In this document: in pieces, positions 8,001 to 16,952 of the stretch
How the letters are laid out: every line of letters starts with the position of its first letter
How positions within the stretch are numbered: the stretch's first letter is position 1
Virus record (IMG/VR): IMGVR_UViG_3300023107_000067
Location: 1 to 43,789 of that record
From: a virus
Taxonomy: Duplodnaviria > Caudoviricetes
DNA length: 43,789 nucleotides
Direction: 5' to 3' (one strand)
Made by a program: the position numbers and the translations under genes
The notes under the pieces: model-generated
What the model was told of the DNA's origin: nothing
Seen by the model: the letters and a program-made list of their open reading frames with translations, nothing else
Database searches by the model: none

Positions 8001-10488
8001 CGTAATACCCGGCACCGCCAGAGATTGCGCCGCCGATGCCACCCGACGCGTAGCCAGAAGCCACGGACGAACCAACGCCAGTAATGGTGTTCCATACCGA
8101 AAGCAGGTTTTGCCCAAGGCTGACCAGGCCGCCAAACATGCCGCCACCGCCAGAGCCATTCGAGGAAGATCCGCTGAACAGCGATGCAATCCCCCCGCCG
8201 CCACCAGCCCCAGAACCACCACCAAACAGCGAGTTCAGCAGCGGCGTGACCACCTGAGTCTTGATGATGATCCGTGCGATATCCGCAATGATCGAGTCGG
8301 CAAGATCCTTGAACGACAGCTTCCCACCGGTTACGAAATCGACCAGCGAGTCTTCCATCCCGTGGAATGCGTTATCGAACAGGTCATAGGTCTGACCGGC
8401 AATGTCACCGGCCTCGTAGACGTAGTCCTGCCATGCAGCATTGGCACCGTTGGTCCAGTCGGACTGGGCCTTTTCGAGTTGGTCGTAGTAATCCTCTTGC
8501 ATGCGCAGGCGTTGTCCGAGCGCATCCTCAAGCATCCCCGTTTCTTTTTCGTACAGCTCTTTGCTCAGGTCGCCGGAGTTGAACTGCGCCTGCAGCTTGT
8601 CCATGTCCTTCTGATAGTCCTGACGGATTTTCAGATCGTCCTGAAGACGTTTGCGGCCTTCCTGACCCAGGCCAATACCTGCGAGCTGGTTCGACAGGCC
8701 TTGCTGAGACAGGGCAAGCTTGTCGTTGATGGATTCGGTGAAGCTGAGGAGTTTGGCCGCTTCGGCATTGGCGATTTTGCGGAGCTCGTTTTCTTTTTCG
8801 AGCCCTGCGTTCTGTTTCTGCTGTGCAATGTTCAGCTCGCCCATCGCCAGAATCTGCTTCTGAGCGGTGGTCAGAGATCCTTTCTCTTTGAGCTGGGCAA
8901 TCTGCTGCTCAAGCTCAAGCAGCTTCTTTGCCTCTGACCCTAGGGTTTTTGCTCCAACTGCCTGCTCGTCGATCAGCGCGCCCTGTTGCACCAGTACCGC
9001 GTATTGCTGGCGGGCGTTGTCGAGCATTTTCTGTCCAGCGTTTTCCTGATAGGCCTTGTTCGCATCTCGGGTGGCGGCCGCCGCATCCTTGTTGGCCTTG
9101 GTTTGGGCGTTGGTTGCGTACGCCACAGAAAGGATTGCGGCCTTCTCCGCTTCGGTCAGTTTTGTGTGTTCAGCGATGAACCGGTTTGCCTCTTTCACCG
9201 CGTCGTTGTTGTCTTGCAGCTTGGCAAGGGCCTTACTCTGCGAATCGACATAACCCTTCGCTGCTGCAGACAGGCCACCAATAGCGGCTTCGCCTTTCGG
9301 AAGCTGAGCGCCGAGGTCGTCTGCGCCTTTCTTTAATAGTCCGATTGATGCGCGAGTATCAGTTACCTTTTTGTTGAGTCCGGCGATTTCCGCATCGATC
9401 TCTTCGCGGTTGTAGAATTTGAAGTTGAACAGGACGCTGTCTTTGGCATCGCCAGGATTCAGCTTGGAGCGCGCTGCTGTAAGCTCGCGAACCCTTGAAA
9501 TAGTGACTGCAATGTCGTTGTTGAAGCCCGCAACGCTCTGCTTGTCCTCCCGAAAGAAGTCCAGGAATTCGCCGGAGTTGAAGCCGTCGAGGGCTCTCGA
9601 CACGCTCAGTACGGAGTTCGCGAATGTATTGCTCGCTCCAGTCGCCTGATCGAGCTTGCCAATGGTCGATGTCAGGGAGTTGGCAAAGGCTGTCATAGCC
9701 TGGCTTGCCGTAACCTGCATGGTCGCGGCCAGCTTATCGACTGCATCCTTTTGGCCGGACAGCGCGCCGATAACCTTTTCGGCAGTGAGCTGGCCCTCAG
9801 CGCCCATGGCGCGGAGCTGACCTATCGTTACGCCGAGTCCGCGGGCGATGGTCTGTGCCAAGGCCGGGGTTTGTTCGAGGATGGAGTTGAGTTCTTCGCC
9901 GCGAAGGGTGCCGGATGCCAGGGCCTGCCCGAACTGGACCAAAGCTGCGTCTGCGGAGGCGGCCGACGCCCCGCTCATTGCTACCGACTTGGTTACCGTC
10001 TCGGTGATCTTGGCAACCTCAGCCATCGAGATGCCGAGAGCCTTGCCGTTTTGGGCGATCCGCTGGTAGACGGACGCGGTTACTTCGAGTGATTGCCGGG
10101 AGTTCTGCGCTGCACGGAAAACGTCATCCTGTGCGCGGGCGAGCTGCGCGGAACCTTCAGTAACGAGGCGCAAGCGGTTCGTGAGGTCGGCATACTGCTG
10201 CGAAGCCTGGGCAATCTTCTGCACGCTGAACGCTGCGGCCAAAGCCCCACCAAGACCTACAGCAGCGCTGCTAAGCATCTTGAATTGACGCTCTGCAACG
10301 CTGAGCTGTGGAGTTGTGGACTTGGCGTTGTCACCCACCTTCCCGATTGACTCGGCGGCCGCGCTCATAGCGCCGGGGGTTTTCAACCCTTCCGCTTCAA
10401 GCTTTTGGAGTGCCTGGCGCGTTTCGTTGACCCGTTGCTCGGCACTCCGGCTATCTACCTCAAGAACCAGGCGGGATGTTTGGGTCAT
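5044..10488 (-). CDS. Tape measure protein
   Basis: 1814 aa, Ala-rich; QFGQALASGTLRGEELNSILEQ tape-measure motif; lambda-H-like DW..GA..AW..Y and GKLSFKDLADSIIAD segments. Confidence 0.95.
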   Translation of the reverse strand: MTQTSRLVLEVDSRSAEQRVNETRQALQKLEAEGLKTPGAMSAAAESIGKVGDNAKSTTPQLSVAERQFKMLSSAAVGLGGALAAAFSVQKIAQASQQYADLTNRLRLVTEGSAQLARAQDDVFRAAQNSRQSLEVTASVYQRIAQNGKALGISMAEVAKITETVTKSVAMSGASAASADAALVQFGQALASGTLRGEELNSILEQTPALAQTIARGLGVTIGQLRAMGAEGQLTAEKVIGALSGQKDAVDKLAATMQVTASQAMTAFANSLTSTIGKLDQATGASNTFANSVLSVSRALDGFNSGEFLDFFREDKQSVAGFNNDIAVTISRVRELTAARSKLNPGDAKDSVLFNFKFYNREEIDAEIAGLNKKVTDTRASIGLLKKGADDLGAQLPKGEAAIGGLSAAAKGYVDSQSKALAKLQDNNDAVKEANRFIAEHTKLTEAEKAAILSVAYATNAQTKANKDAAAATRDANKAYQENAGQKMLDNARQQYAVLVQQGALIDEQAVGAKTLGSEAKKLLELEQQIAQLKEKGSLTTAQKQILAMGELNIAQQKQNAGLEKENELRKIANAEAAKLLSFTESINDKLALSQQGLSNQLAGIGLGQEGRKRLQDDLKIRQDYQKDMDKLQAQFNSGDLSKELYEKETGMLEDALGQRLRMQEDYYDQLEKAQSDWTNGANAAWQDYVYEAGDIAGQTYDLFDNAFHGMEDSLVDFVTGGKLSFKDLADSIIADIARIIIKTQVVTPLLNSLFGGGSGAGGGGGIASLFSGSSSNGSGGGGMFGGLVSLGQNLLSVWNTITGVGSSVASGYASGGIGGAISGGAGYYGNMLNGIASTLSSGFTSLIGGNIAITGATAAASAATTAALTGVTAEVAASTAATVGAEGITAAMLSGAVAEGAASVGTSIGVAGATTAAASSGLAASVSAALSSAAAMWPLAIVMGMYQSGKLYDAGVRPDASEMLESGGHTAVGKATMAPIALQSGFMELQDKITGSLVGGKIAAILSGSTLHQAVWGAVGKKLFGGAWETKDGGISLGVEGGEFEAQQYIDQKKKGGLFSSSKKRTRYSELDAQTEDSLGAAYNDKVLNSLGLFAGLGVKLSDSVLDGLNVAAEKISTQGKTSEEIQTSLDAWFTELGNQAVSAISAATNSGLGGYNFDQLTEFVNNLYTVRDSLADMNVKVLDVSLSSGWMAENLIQLAGGLDAYKAATASYYDGFTSDTQKTADTLETVRKQFADMNVVLPSLRDGYKDMVEAIDVTTESGRQMFTVLTGSAAAANAVYDIIEQRQAAYYGAFLTESENTARTLKETTDQLKALGITLPGTRNEFRSMVEAAAKDTSAAGKGLYDSLMSVAGAAGTAFDAMEASAQTAAQAITDALNQGVTNSFSAVQRAITAQQKKATEAYNVTSASLAELSTAASQTVNDLTSVSNDLSSALKSLRGDSDEAVKMLRAQAVATLQSALATARAGGSLSGFKGLDDALDTVSNNNTDLYSSMEDFARDQGRTAGVIAELEAINGKQLTSAEKTVKALEDQLDQAKDAYDAQISQYESQLEFAQAQMDALNGVDNSIMGVTAAINAMNAAVVAALQASASGAGKANTPGNNATLVETLYNTVLGRGSDAAGAKYWADKLQSGAVTYQQAAETIAKEALALDASKYTGAVSQAAIAASKAAAQAYLNSQTTKAYASGGYISGPGTGTSDSIMARLSNGEYVMTADSVQMFGTGLLDQMNAGNLPAFAGGGGIRLVGSSTAESSRPTTARYGNSSAASSTKSSSMNEGSMVERQVWTNKLLSQVIDAINRQTIQGVPALQVSQ

Positions 10489-10503
10489 ACTTTTCTCCAG
10501 GCG

Positions 10504-10529
10504 AAAAAAAACCGGCTCATGGCCGGTTT
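10504..10529 (-). terminator. Terminator downstream of the moron gene
   Basis: Minus strand AAACCGG-CCATGAG-CCGGTTT with a T8 run. Confidence 0.75.
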
Positions 10530-10545
10530 CGGTAAATTCGTCCTG

Positions 10546-10842
10546 CTATTCAGTGATGGCAGGCAGGTCTGTTTGGCAGTGCTTGCATTTCAGTGCTTCC
10601 CGCTGCACAAGCTCTGCGCACGACGGGCATTTACGATATCGCGACGAGACACCGAACTTCCTGGCGATGTCCTGGCTCTTGGCGTCATCAAATCCGGTCT
10701 CAGGAAGAAACCAGAGAATCGCCAAGGCTATGAACGAAAGGAGGAAGCCCAGTAGGAACCAGCCCACAAAGCTGCGCCCTTTCTGTTTTGCGTAATAGCC
10801 AGAAAGAGTGGCAATCACAAGCCAGAGGATCAGATATTCCAT
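10546..10842 (-). CDS. Membrane protein with C-terminal zinc ribbon (moron)
   Basis: Two hydrophobic segments, KGRS..GW, CPSC..CKHC; AAGGAG RBS. Confidence 0.85.
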   Translation of the reverse strand: MEYLILWLVIATLSGYYAKQKGRSFVGWFLLGFLLSFIALAILWFLPETGFDDAKSQDIARKFGVSSRYRKCPSCAELVQREALKCKHCQTDLPAITE

Positions 10843-10913
10843 TCATATACTCCTTTTAGATGGCGGCAATTTAACACCATCAAGGGGTTGACACCAAAGA
10901 CCGGCTGTCACCC

Positions 10914-11153
10914 CTATTCCTCCTTGTCGCTCAGCACGATGTAATCCAGCGCAAACATAACCTCATCTACTTCATGCCGAGGCATCGGTGATGGGTGCGC
11001 CTCAAGCCAGTCACTGATTTCCCTGGCCGAAAGGGGCATGGGATGCGCCCCATTCATGGTCGCCAATACTCGCCGCCCGCGGCACACATTTCTGAACGTA
11101 TTCAACATGTACGCCGTAATCGCATCGGTAGGCGGCTCGTCGGGCACAGCCAT
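10914..11153 (-). CDS. Tail assembly chaperone, gpT-like (C-terminal part of a frameshift product)
   Basis: Lies in the -1 frame of the upstream chaperone; the frame is open back to about 11243. Confidence 0.75.
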   Translation of the reverse strand: MAVPDEPPTDAITAYMLNTFRNVCRGRRVLATMNGAHPMPLSAREISDWLEAHPSPMPRHEVDEVMFALDYIVLSDKEE

Positions 11154-11155
11154 TT

Positions 11156-11641
11156 TTAGGCGCTGATAGATGAGCTTTCTTTTTTCGGTTTCGCCGGCCC
11201 ACTCTTTTTCCCAGTGGTAGCGGGCGATGGCTTTTCCAGGGTTTCAGCCAGATCAGCCTTGCCCTCTGCAGCGAAATCACTGGCCTTCGAGATGACCCAC
11301 ATGAAGAATTCAATGTTGCCCGAGAGAAGATCTGTAGCGGATTCCTTGCTGAAGGCTACTTTGTTGCCCTCATCATCCAGCACGCCTTCCCAGTCCTGCA
11401 GAATGAACTGCGCCAGGATCATACAGTGACTCTCGTGCGCGCTTTTCTCGCCATCGACAAGGCCCACTTCGCCCTGTTCAAAGCGTGCATCGTTGCGATT
11501 GATACGGCGCTGCACGCGTTCGAGTGCAGTCTGATAAGCCGGACTGTCGATCCCGACAATCTGGATTTTGGTGTCTTCGTCAAATTCCACCCACTTTGTA
11601 GTGCCAGTGAGGGCAGACTTTTTCTTCATTTGCAGAGCCAT
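11156..11641 (-). CDS. Tail assembly chaperone, gpG-like
   Basis: Between tail tube and TMP genes; ILQDWEGV motif. Confidence 0.8.
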   Translation of the reverse strand: MALQMKKKSALTGTTKWVEFDEDTKIQIVGIDSPAYQTALERVQRRINRNDARFEQGEVGLVDGEKSAHESHCMILAQFILQDWEGVLDDEGNKVAFSKESATDLLSGNIEFFMWVISKASDFAAEGKADLAETLEKPSPATTGKKSGPAKPKKESSSISA

Positions 11642-11719
11642 CGGTAAATCCTCTACGCCACGCCAAAAAGGACCGCCCCGGCTGGCGTAATCGCCGGGGC
11701 AGTCAAAGGGTTGGATCGG

Positions 11720-12880
11720 TTACGCGGTAACGGTGATGGTCGATGTCGAAGTCTTGGTGCCGTCGGCGGTGCTGGTTGCGGTGATAACGGATGTGCCAGC
11801 CGATACTGCGGTGACCAGGCCGGAGTTGCTGACCGTCGCAACAGAAGGCGTTGCGCTGGACCAGGTGACGGTCTGGGTCGAGGTGGACGGCAGGACGGTC
11901 GGAGTCAGTTGGCGGGTTGCGCCGATGACAACGCTTGCAGTCGTTGGGGCCACAGCAACCGATGCCACTGCATCAGCAGGCGAACGGGTGATGGTTGGTG
12001 CCAGCTTCGAGACGGTGTAATTCAGCGTCACCTCGATCAGGTCACGCTTGCCGCCGTTCGGCAGGTCGCCATCGATCTCCAGCGCCGGGAAGTCGAATGT
12101 GTATTCGTTGCCCAGGCTGTCGGTGATCGGGAACGAGACTGCGATTGGTGCCCGGGTGAACTGGTTTTTCCAGAGCTGCCATGCACGATTGGACCAGGCC
12201 AGCGTGATGCTGCCGGTGATAGCTGCTTCGGTAGCGATGTGTGCGCCAGGGCCGAGCTTGCCGTTACCCAGGCAGCGCTGAGTTTGCAGGCTGTTGTCGA
12301 GGTTGATCGACATAGCCGAGACGCACGCAACGCCTTCCAGCGAGGCCCCATCGACCAGCAGAGTGCCAACGTTGATGTTCGACATGAACGGCGTGGCCGT
12401 CGGAGGATTTACCCCGGTGACGGTGTTGCTGTCGCCGTCCGCGTAGTCCAGGCCCATCATGGTGAACGTGGCGGTGATCTTGCCGTCGGACGGGATGTCC
12501 AGGGCGAAGGTCGACACGTGCATGCCCTTGAACAGGGTGAACACGTTCACGTCGCTGTAGTTCTTGGCGACAGTGAAGGTGTGCCTGGTATCACCAACGG
12601 TCAGGACGTTGCCGGTCCAGGTGCCATAGAAGGCAGCCTCGAACAGCTTGTCGAACGTGCCATACGACAGCTCGGCAGTCAGGTCGCCCTGAATGTCAGT
12701 GCTGGTGGCCACCGAACCTTGGCTTACGCGCGAGTCAGTGATCTCGTCGCTTGCCTGGGTGTTGACGGTGGGTGACAGGGTGTTGCCGGTCAGTCGAAGC
12801 GTGTCGAATGTGCCGGTGGGGGTTACGCCGGGTGTTACCTCGGCGATCAGGTAACTCGTTACTTTTGCGCCCGAACTCAT
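11720..12880 (-). CDS. Major tail tube protein with C-terminal Ig-like (Big_2) domain
   Basis: MSSGAKV..TFDTLR..SDEI; C-terminal VTWSS..PSVATV..SGLVTAVSAGT..ITAT. Confidence 0.9.
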   Translation of the reverse strand: MSSGAKVTSYLIAEVTPGVTPTGTFDTLRLTGNTLSPTVNTQASDEITDSRVSQGSVATSTDIQGDLTAELSYGTFDKLFEAAFYGTWTGNVLTVGDTRHTFTVAKNYSDVNVFTLFKGMHVSTFALDIPSDGKITATFTMMGLDYADGDSNTVTGVNPPTATPFMSNINVGTLLVDGASLEGVACVSAMSINLDNSLQTQRCLGNGKLGPGAHIATEAAITGSITLAWSNRAWQLWKNQFTRAPIAVSFPITDSLGNEYTFDFPALEIDGDLPNGGKRDLIEVTLNYTVSKLAPTITRSPADAVASVAVAPTTASVVIGATRQLTPTVLPSTSTQTVTWSSATPSVATVSNSGLVTAVSAGTSVITATSTADGTKTSTSTITVTA

Positions 12881-12975
12881 CGGAGCCTCCTTAGATCAAT
12901 TGATCCGGGGAGGCGTGATGAGCAGAGAGGCCTTGCGGCGGGTCTGGTCAGCGTGCCCGGTGAAGCGGGTAGTGA

Positions 12976-13182
12976 TTAGATGCTGACGTGGACTTCCACG
13001 CCGAGCAGTACGGTCTCGCCCTTTTTAGCGATGGACGAGAAATCCGCTGTGTTCAGGTAGACCTGATTTACGGTGGCTCTGGTTTTCGACTGAAACTCGC
13101 AAATCGCGCTGTAGATCAGGTCCTGTAAAGCGTCACGCTCTAGTCTGATCTGATCGACAGTCAAGTAGCCGGTATCACTCAT
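12976..13182 (-). CDS. Small hypothetical protein
   Basis: 68 aa MSDTGYLTVDQ..., GGAG RBS, overlaps the upstream small ORF. Confidence 0.6.
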   Translation of the reverse strand: MSDTGYLTVDQIRLERDALQDLIYSAICEFQSKTRATVNQVYLNTADFSSIAKKGETVLLGVEVHVSI

Positions 13183-13282
13183 CGCCCTTCTCCTTTGCTG
13201 ACAGCCAGCGCTCCCATGCGGCGAGAGCACCTTTCGCGGCCCGGATTAGGCTGCGGTGCAATTCTTTCGTTACTTCGCTCAT
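13175..13282 (-). CDS. 35-aa helical peptide (not in ORF track)
   Basis: MSEVTKELHRSLIRAAKGALAAWERWLSAKEKGDE with GAGG RBS. Confidence 0.55.
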   Translation of the reverse strand: MSEVTKELHRSLIRAAKGALAAWERWLSAKEKGDE

Positions 13283-13291
13283 GTGCAATCC

Positions 13292-13687
13292 TCAACCGGC
13301 GCGGAACCGGATGTTCACGTTGATCTGATAGAAGCCTTCGAACTCGCCTGCGATGATCTGGCTGCCCTCGATGCACTCAAGGTCACCAGATGACCAGTAA
13401 GCGAAGTGGGCTATCAGCGCATCCGTCAGGTCGTTGATGGCCTTGGTGCCGGTCCGCACCCGGGCGAAGCACTGAATGGTGATCAGTCCTGGCCTACGGG
13501 TATGCGGCTTATCTGCCATGCCTGCCATGAAGGCTGTTGCATGCTGAATGACCAGTCGGCACCAGAGGCCCGTCGCGGGTGTGACAAACAATGTCGGCGG
13601 ATTCGGGTAGTCGATTCGGTCTTGCGTAATGCCGGTGAAGGCCACCATGCGCGCCGTGACCGCCAGCCTGATTTGCTCGTAGGTCAT
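13292..13687 (-). CDS. Tail terminator-like protein
   Basis: Size, position before the tube gene, G.ITIQCF..G and YQINV.I.F motifs. Confidence 0.75.
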   Translation of the reverse strand: MTYEQIRLAVTARMVAFTGITQDRIDYPNPPTLFVTPATGLWCRLVIQHATAFMAGMADKPHTRRPGLITIQCFARVRTGTKAINDLTDALIAHFAYWSSGDLECIEGSQIIAGEFEGFYQINVNIRFRAG

Positions 13688-14106
13688 TTGTAGGCCTCGG
13701 ACACGCCAACGAAGGCAAGCTCATAAACGCCGCCCGGCGCCTGGGTCGAATGCCCAAGCTCGATTCGCTCGGCATAGGGCAGGTTCGTCTGGATATACAC
13801 GACCGTGTAAGGCTCAAGGCCTGACAAAGCGGCCATGCCACGGTTGATTGTGTCTGCGCCGCCCGGGTCGATGGTGTTGGTGATCGCGTACACCGGTGAG
13901 CCGATGCTGACAATGTGGCTGCCACGGAAACTGCCGCCGACGTAGCCGGGTGGCGGTGGATTCTTCCAGAGAGCCGGGTTGCCGACTGGCGAGCGCAGCA
14001 CGACTTCATTCAGTAGCGCCATGGCGATGATCCGGACGCGCTTGCCCACCTCATCATCGATCAGGTCAGCAAATGCCGTCGGGGGGATACTCCATCCGCT
14101 GCCCAT
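13684..14106 (-). CDS. HK97 gp10-like neck/tail completion protein
   Basis: SPV..G.FRGS..TNLPYAERIELGHSTQAPGG. Confidence 0.8.
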   Translation of the reverse strand: MGSGWSIPPTAFADLIDDEVGKRVRIIAMALLNEVVLRSPVGNPALWKNPPPPGYVGGSFRGSHIVSIGSPVYAITNTIDPGGADTINRGMAALSGLEPYTVVYIQTNLPYAERIELGHSTQAPGGVYELAFVGVSEAYK

Positions 14107-14462
14107 TACGTCTTCCTCAGCTGGATTTCATAATGGGCACCGGCCGGGTCGACCTGCACGTTAACCACGTCGTAATCGTTGATCTTGTGGCCGATGTCCG
14201 GGATGCCAGTCGTTTCGTTCGTCAGCGCGATCAGCAGTTGGTCAGTGGCGCGGATGTTCACGCCATCCGCCCTGTCGAGCTTGAAGCCGTCGAACACGCC
14301 GCGCCCGCTGTAGGCGATGACAACTGGATCACTACCGGTTTCAGTTACCGGGTCCCATGTGCCGGGGATGGTGATGCCGCCCGTGAAAGGCAGCACCGCA
14401 TCAGCCAGATCAGTGTCGAACGCCTCAGCCAGATCAGCCTGGATCTCTTCGCGAATACCCAT
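14106..14462 (-). CDS. Head-tail joining (stopper) protein
   Basis: WDPVT..GRGVF..DPA...Y.IQLR; position. Confidence 0.7.
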   Translation of the reverse strand: MGIREEIQADLAEAFDTDLADAVLPFTGGITIPGTWDPVTETGSDPVVIAYSGRGVFDGFKLDRADGVNIRATDQLLIALTNETTGIPDIGHKINDYDVVNVQVDPAGAHYEIQLRKT

Positions 14463-14465
14463 GGC

Positions 14466-14855
14466 TCACCTGTAGACGTTGAAGCTGAATGCGCTTGCCA
14501 TCCAGGGATTGAGCAGGGCCAGAGCGAACTGAACGCCATCGGGCAGCGCAGTGGTCTTGCTGGAGTCGAACGAGGCGAACGTCTTGCTGGTAGTCACCGA
14601 TCCAGCCTTAACCGTCTTGGCTTCCAGCGCGCCTTCTGTCGTCTGTTGGTACAGCTTCCCGAGCGCGGCGGTCTGGGCCAGTTCGGCCCCGGCCAGCTTC
14701 ACGTCTTCGGGAATGGCATCCATGTCGATGCCGACCAGCTTGAGGGAGGTCAGATAGGCGTTGGCCTGCATGACCGCGCGCACCTTCTTGTCCTCGGTCG
14801 TCCATGTCGCTCCGAGGATGGTGTCTACGTCTGCCACGGTGATGTAGGTTGCCAT
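14466..14855 (-). CDS. Head-tail adaptor protein
   Basis: MATYITVADVD..AN.YL..IPEDVK.A..ELA; GGAGG RBS. Confidence 0.75.
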   Translation of the reverse strand: MATYITVADVDTILGATWTTEDKKVRAVMQANAYLTSLKLVGIDMDAIPEDVKLAGAELAQTAALGKLYQQTTEGALEAKTVKAGSVTTSKTFASFDSSKTTALPDGVQFALALLNPWMASAFSFNVYR

Positions 14856-14895
14856 CTGGCCTCCGCTTGAATGATTGGGGCCGAAGCCCCGGGTG

Positions 14896-15096
14896 TTACT
14901 TGGAAGCTTTGACTTCGGACTTCGCGCCGCCGCCGTTCTTGCGTGCAGCGGATTCATCCGATTCAGTGCGAACCGAATCAACTCCGCCGGTTTCGCCCAC
15001 GGTTTGCGGGCCAACGGTTACAGCAGCTTCAGTGCCGCCGAAGCCCCAGCGCGCTTTGACGTTCGGGTCGATATGCTTGTCTTGTTCAACAGCCAT
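14896..15096 (-). CDS. Small head-associated hypothetical protein
   Basis: 66 aa, AAGGAG RBS, directly after the capsid gene. Confidence 0.65.
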   Translation of the reverse strand: MAVEQDKHIDPNVKARWGFGGTEAAVTVGPQTVGETGGVDSVRTESDESAARKNGGGAKSEVKASK

Positions 15097-15144
15097 GGTG
15101 GTTCTCCTTCAAATTAGCCAGCCCCCGAAGGGGCTAGCACTCGG

Positions 15145-16161
15145 TCACGCCGAGACAGTGGAAGTGATGAACGCCAGCGGAACCTGCTTGCGAGCAAATT
15201 TACGGGTCCAGTTGGTGGCCAGTGCCAGGTCGGACCAGTTCGCCGAGATTGGGCGGGTGGTGGTCGGGGTGCCGGTGATGGTCACGCTATCGAACGAGAA
15301 GCCCAGCGGATGCACAACGAAGTTGCGACGGGTCCACAGGGTCTCAGCGCCACCGCCGTTACCACGATCTGGCGCGCGGTCATATTCCAGACCGTCTTCA
15401 CCGGCTGGCTGCGACTCGGCATAACCGATAGCGCCTGGGCCGAAGATCACGGACAGGTACTTGTTCGGCGTGCCGGTGATCACAGGCATGGAGTCATCAA
15501 CCACGACGCGCATACCCTGGAAGCGACCGAATTCCGGAATCTGGTCAGCCAGCGGGGTGAAGTCGATCAGGTTGAGGATCTGCAGCTCAGTCTGCACAGC
15601 GGAGTGCATCGCAATGACGCTCAGGCCGCCCAGTTGGCCGGAGTAGTCACCCATGGTCGCCTTGGCGCGGATGATCGACGCGGCGCTGATGATGCCGCCA
15701 GCATCAACAACCATGTCACCGCCGTTGGCTGCCACGTTGTCGTTGTAGATACCCACAACGCTGGCAATGGCGCGGCGCTGGGCAACTTTCTGCCAGTAGC
15801 TCAGCAGTCGACCAGCAACGAATTCAAGCGGGTCCTGCTTGGTGATGTTCTTCACCAGGTTCATGCAGTTCCAGCCTTCGTTGAGGTACGCGGCGCGTGC
15901 CTGCATGAAAGCGGTGTGCACGGCCTGCGGAACAGCAATGTCGGTGTACACGTCGTTCGAGTAGTTGGACTCGATGGACGCATCCAGATCGACCCACCAC
16001 GGAATGGTGAAGGTGTTGGACGGGCTGGCCAGCAACGTGGTCATGTCGCTGTTGGTCGTCAGGATGCCCGACTCGAAGAACGCGGTACGCTCAACGCTGT
16101 TAACGCTGATGTAGTCGCGCAGTTCGTCACGGAAGACGACATCGGAAAGAATGGTAGGCAT
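15145..16161 (-). CDS. Major capsid protein
   Basis: 338 aa; AFFESGIL..IP.W..MHSAV..G.RVVVDD.MP..HPLG. Confidence 0.9.
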   Translation of the reverse strand: MPTILSDVVFRDELRDYISVNSVERTAFFESGILTTNSDMTTLLASPSNTFTIPWWVDLDASIESNYSNDVYTDIAVPQAVHTAFMQARAAYLNEGWNCMNLVKNITKQDPLEFVAGRLLSYWQKVAQRRAIASVVGIYNDNVAANGGDMVVDAGGIISAASIIRAKATMGDYSGQLGGLSVIAMHSAVQTELQILNLIDFTPLADQIPEFGRFQGMRVVVDDSMPVITGTPNKYLSVIFGPGAIGYAESQPAGEDGLEYDRAPDRGNGGGAETLWTRRNFVVHPLGFSFDSVTITGTPTTTRPISANWSDLALATNWTRKFARKQVPLAFITSTVSA

Positions 16162-16175
16162 TGCGGAAGATCCTT

Positions 16176-16871
16176 TTACTTGGCCTCAGCAGCGGCTTTC
16201 ATGCGCGCGTGCTCGGCGGGGTTGGTTCGGCGAAGCTCTACGCGCTCCATACCGGTCATTTGGTCCCACGTTTTGGTGGCCCCGCCACCCTTACCCCCGG
16301 TAGCCCCGCCACCGTTCGCTTGCGTGCCGCGCACCAATGCTGCGTAGCGCGGCGCTTGCTGGAATTCTTTAGCCAGGTCATCGAGCGTTGCGATGGTCAG
16401 GTTGCCGGAGGCGTCCGTGACCTTGACCTGGCCTTCTACGATCTTCAGGCGGCGCTCGATGAATTCAGCCAGGATCTCGGCGTTTTCACCGTCGGCGATG
16501 CTGCCGGATACCTTGGCTGCTGCTGATGTGAGGTCGCGGCGCTCAATACTAGTGGTCAGCTCGGCAAGGCGTGCACGCTCGGACGCAAGGGCCTGCTCGC
16601 TGCTGGTATACAGTTGCTCGAAGTCGCCCCGCTCCTTGGCGGCGGTAATTTTCTGCTGATCCAGCGCCAGGTCTGCTTCGCGTTTAAGACGCTTTGCCTC
16701 TTTGGCTTCATCCAGCAGTGTCTGGTTCTGACGCTTCAAGCCCTCCAGATCCTCGCCACCTAATGGCATGCCCTCAATTGACAGCACGAAGTCTTCGCCC
16801 GTCGCTTTGTAGAGCGCCTGCATGACTGCATCCATTGCTTCGTATTCGGCCTTGCTGATTCTGTATTTCAT
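16176..16871 (-). CDS. Capsid scaffolding protein
   Basis: Coiled coil EDLEGLK..LL.E.K, Gly-rich tail GGGATGG, MT..ER..L; precedes the capsid gene. Confidence 0.8.
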   Translation of the reverse strand: MKYRISKAEYEAMDAVMQALYKATGEDFVLSIEGMPLGGEDLEGLKRQNQTLLDEAKEAKRLKREADLALDQQKITAAKERGDFEQLYTSSEQALASERARLAELTTSIERRDLTSAAAKVSGSIADGENAEILAEFIERRLKIVEGQVKVTDASGNLTIATLDDLAKEFQQAPRYAALVRGTQANGGGATGGKGGGATKTWDQMTGMERVELRRTNPAEHARMKAAAEAK

Positions 16872-16913
16872 GTCATCCCCCGGATGATTTGCCGTTGGCT
16901 CAGCCGCGGGCAT

Positions 16914-16935
16914 AAAAAACCGGCACTCGGCCGGC
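16914..16935 (-). terminator. Possible terminator before the scaffold gene
   Basis: Minus strand CCGG-CCGAGTG-CCGG-TTTTTT. Confidence 0.5.
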
Positions 16936-16952
16936 TGTTTGATGATTCGTTG

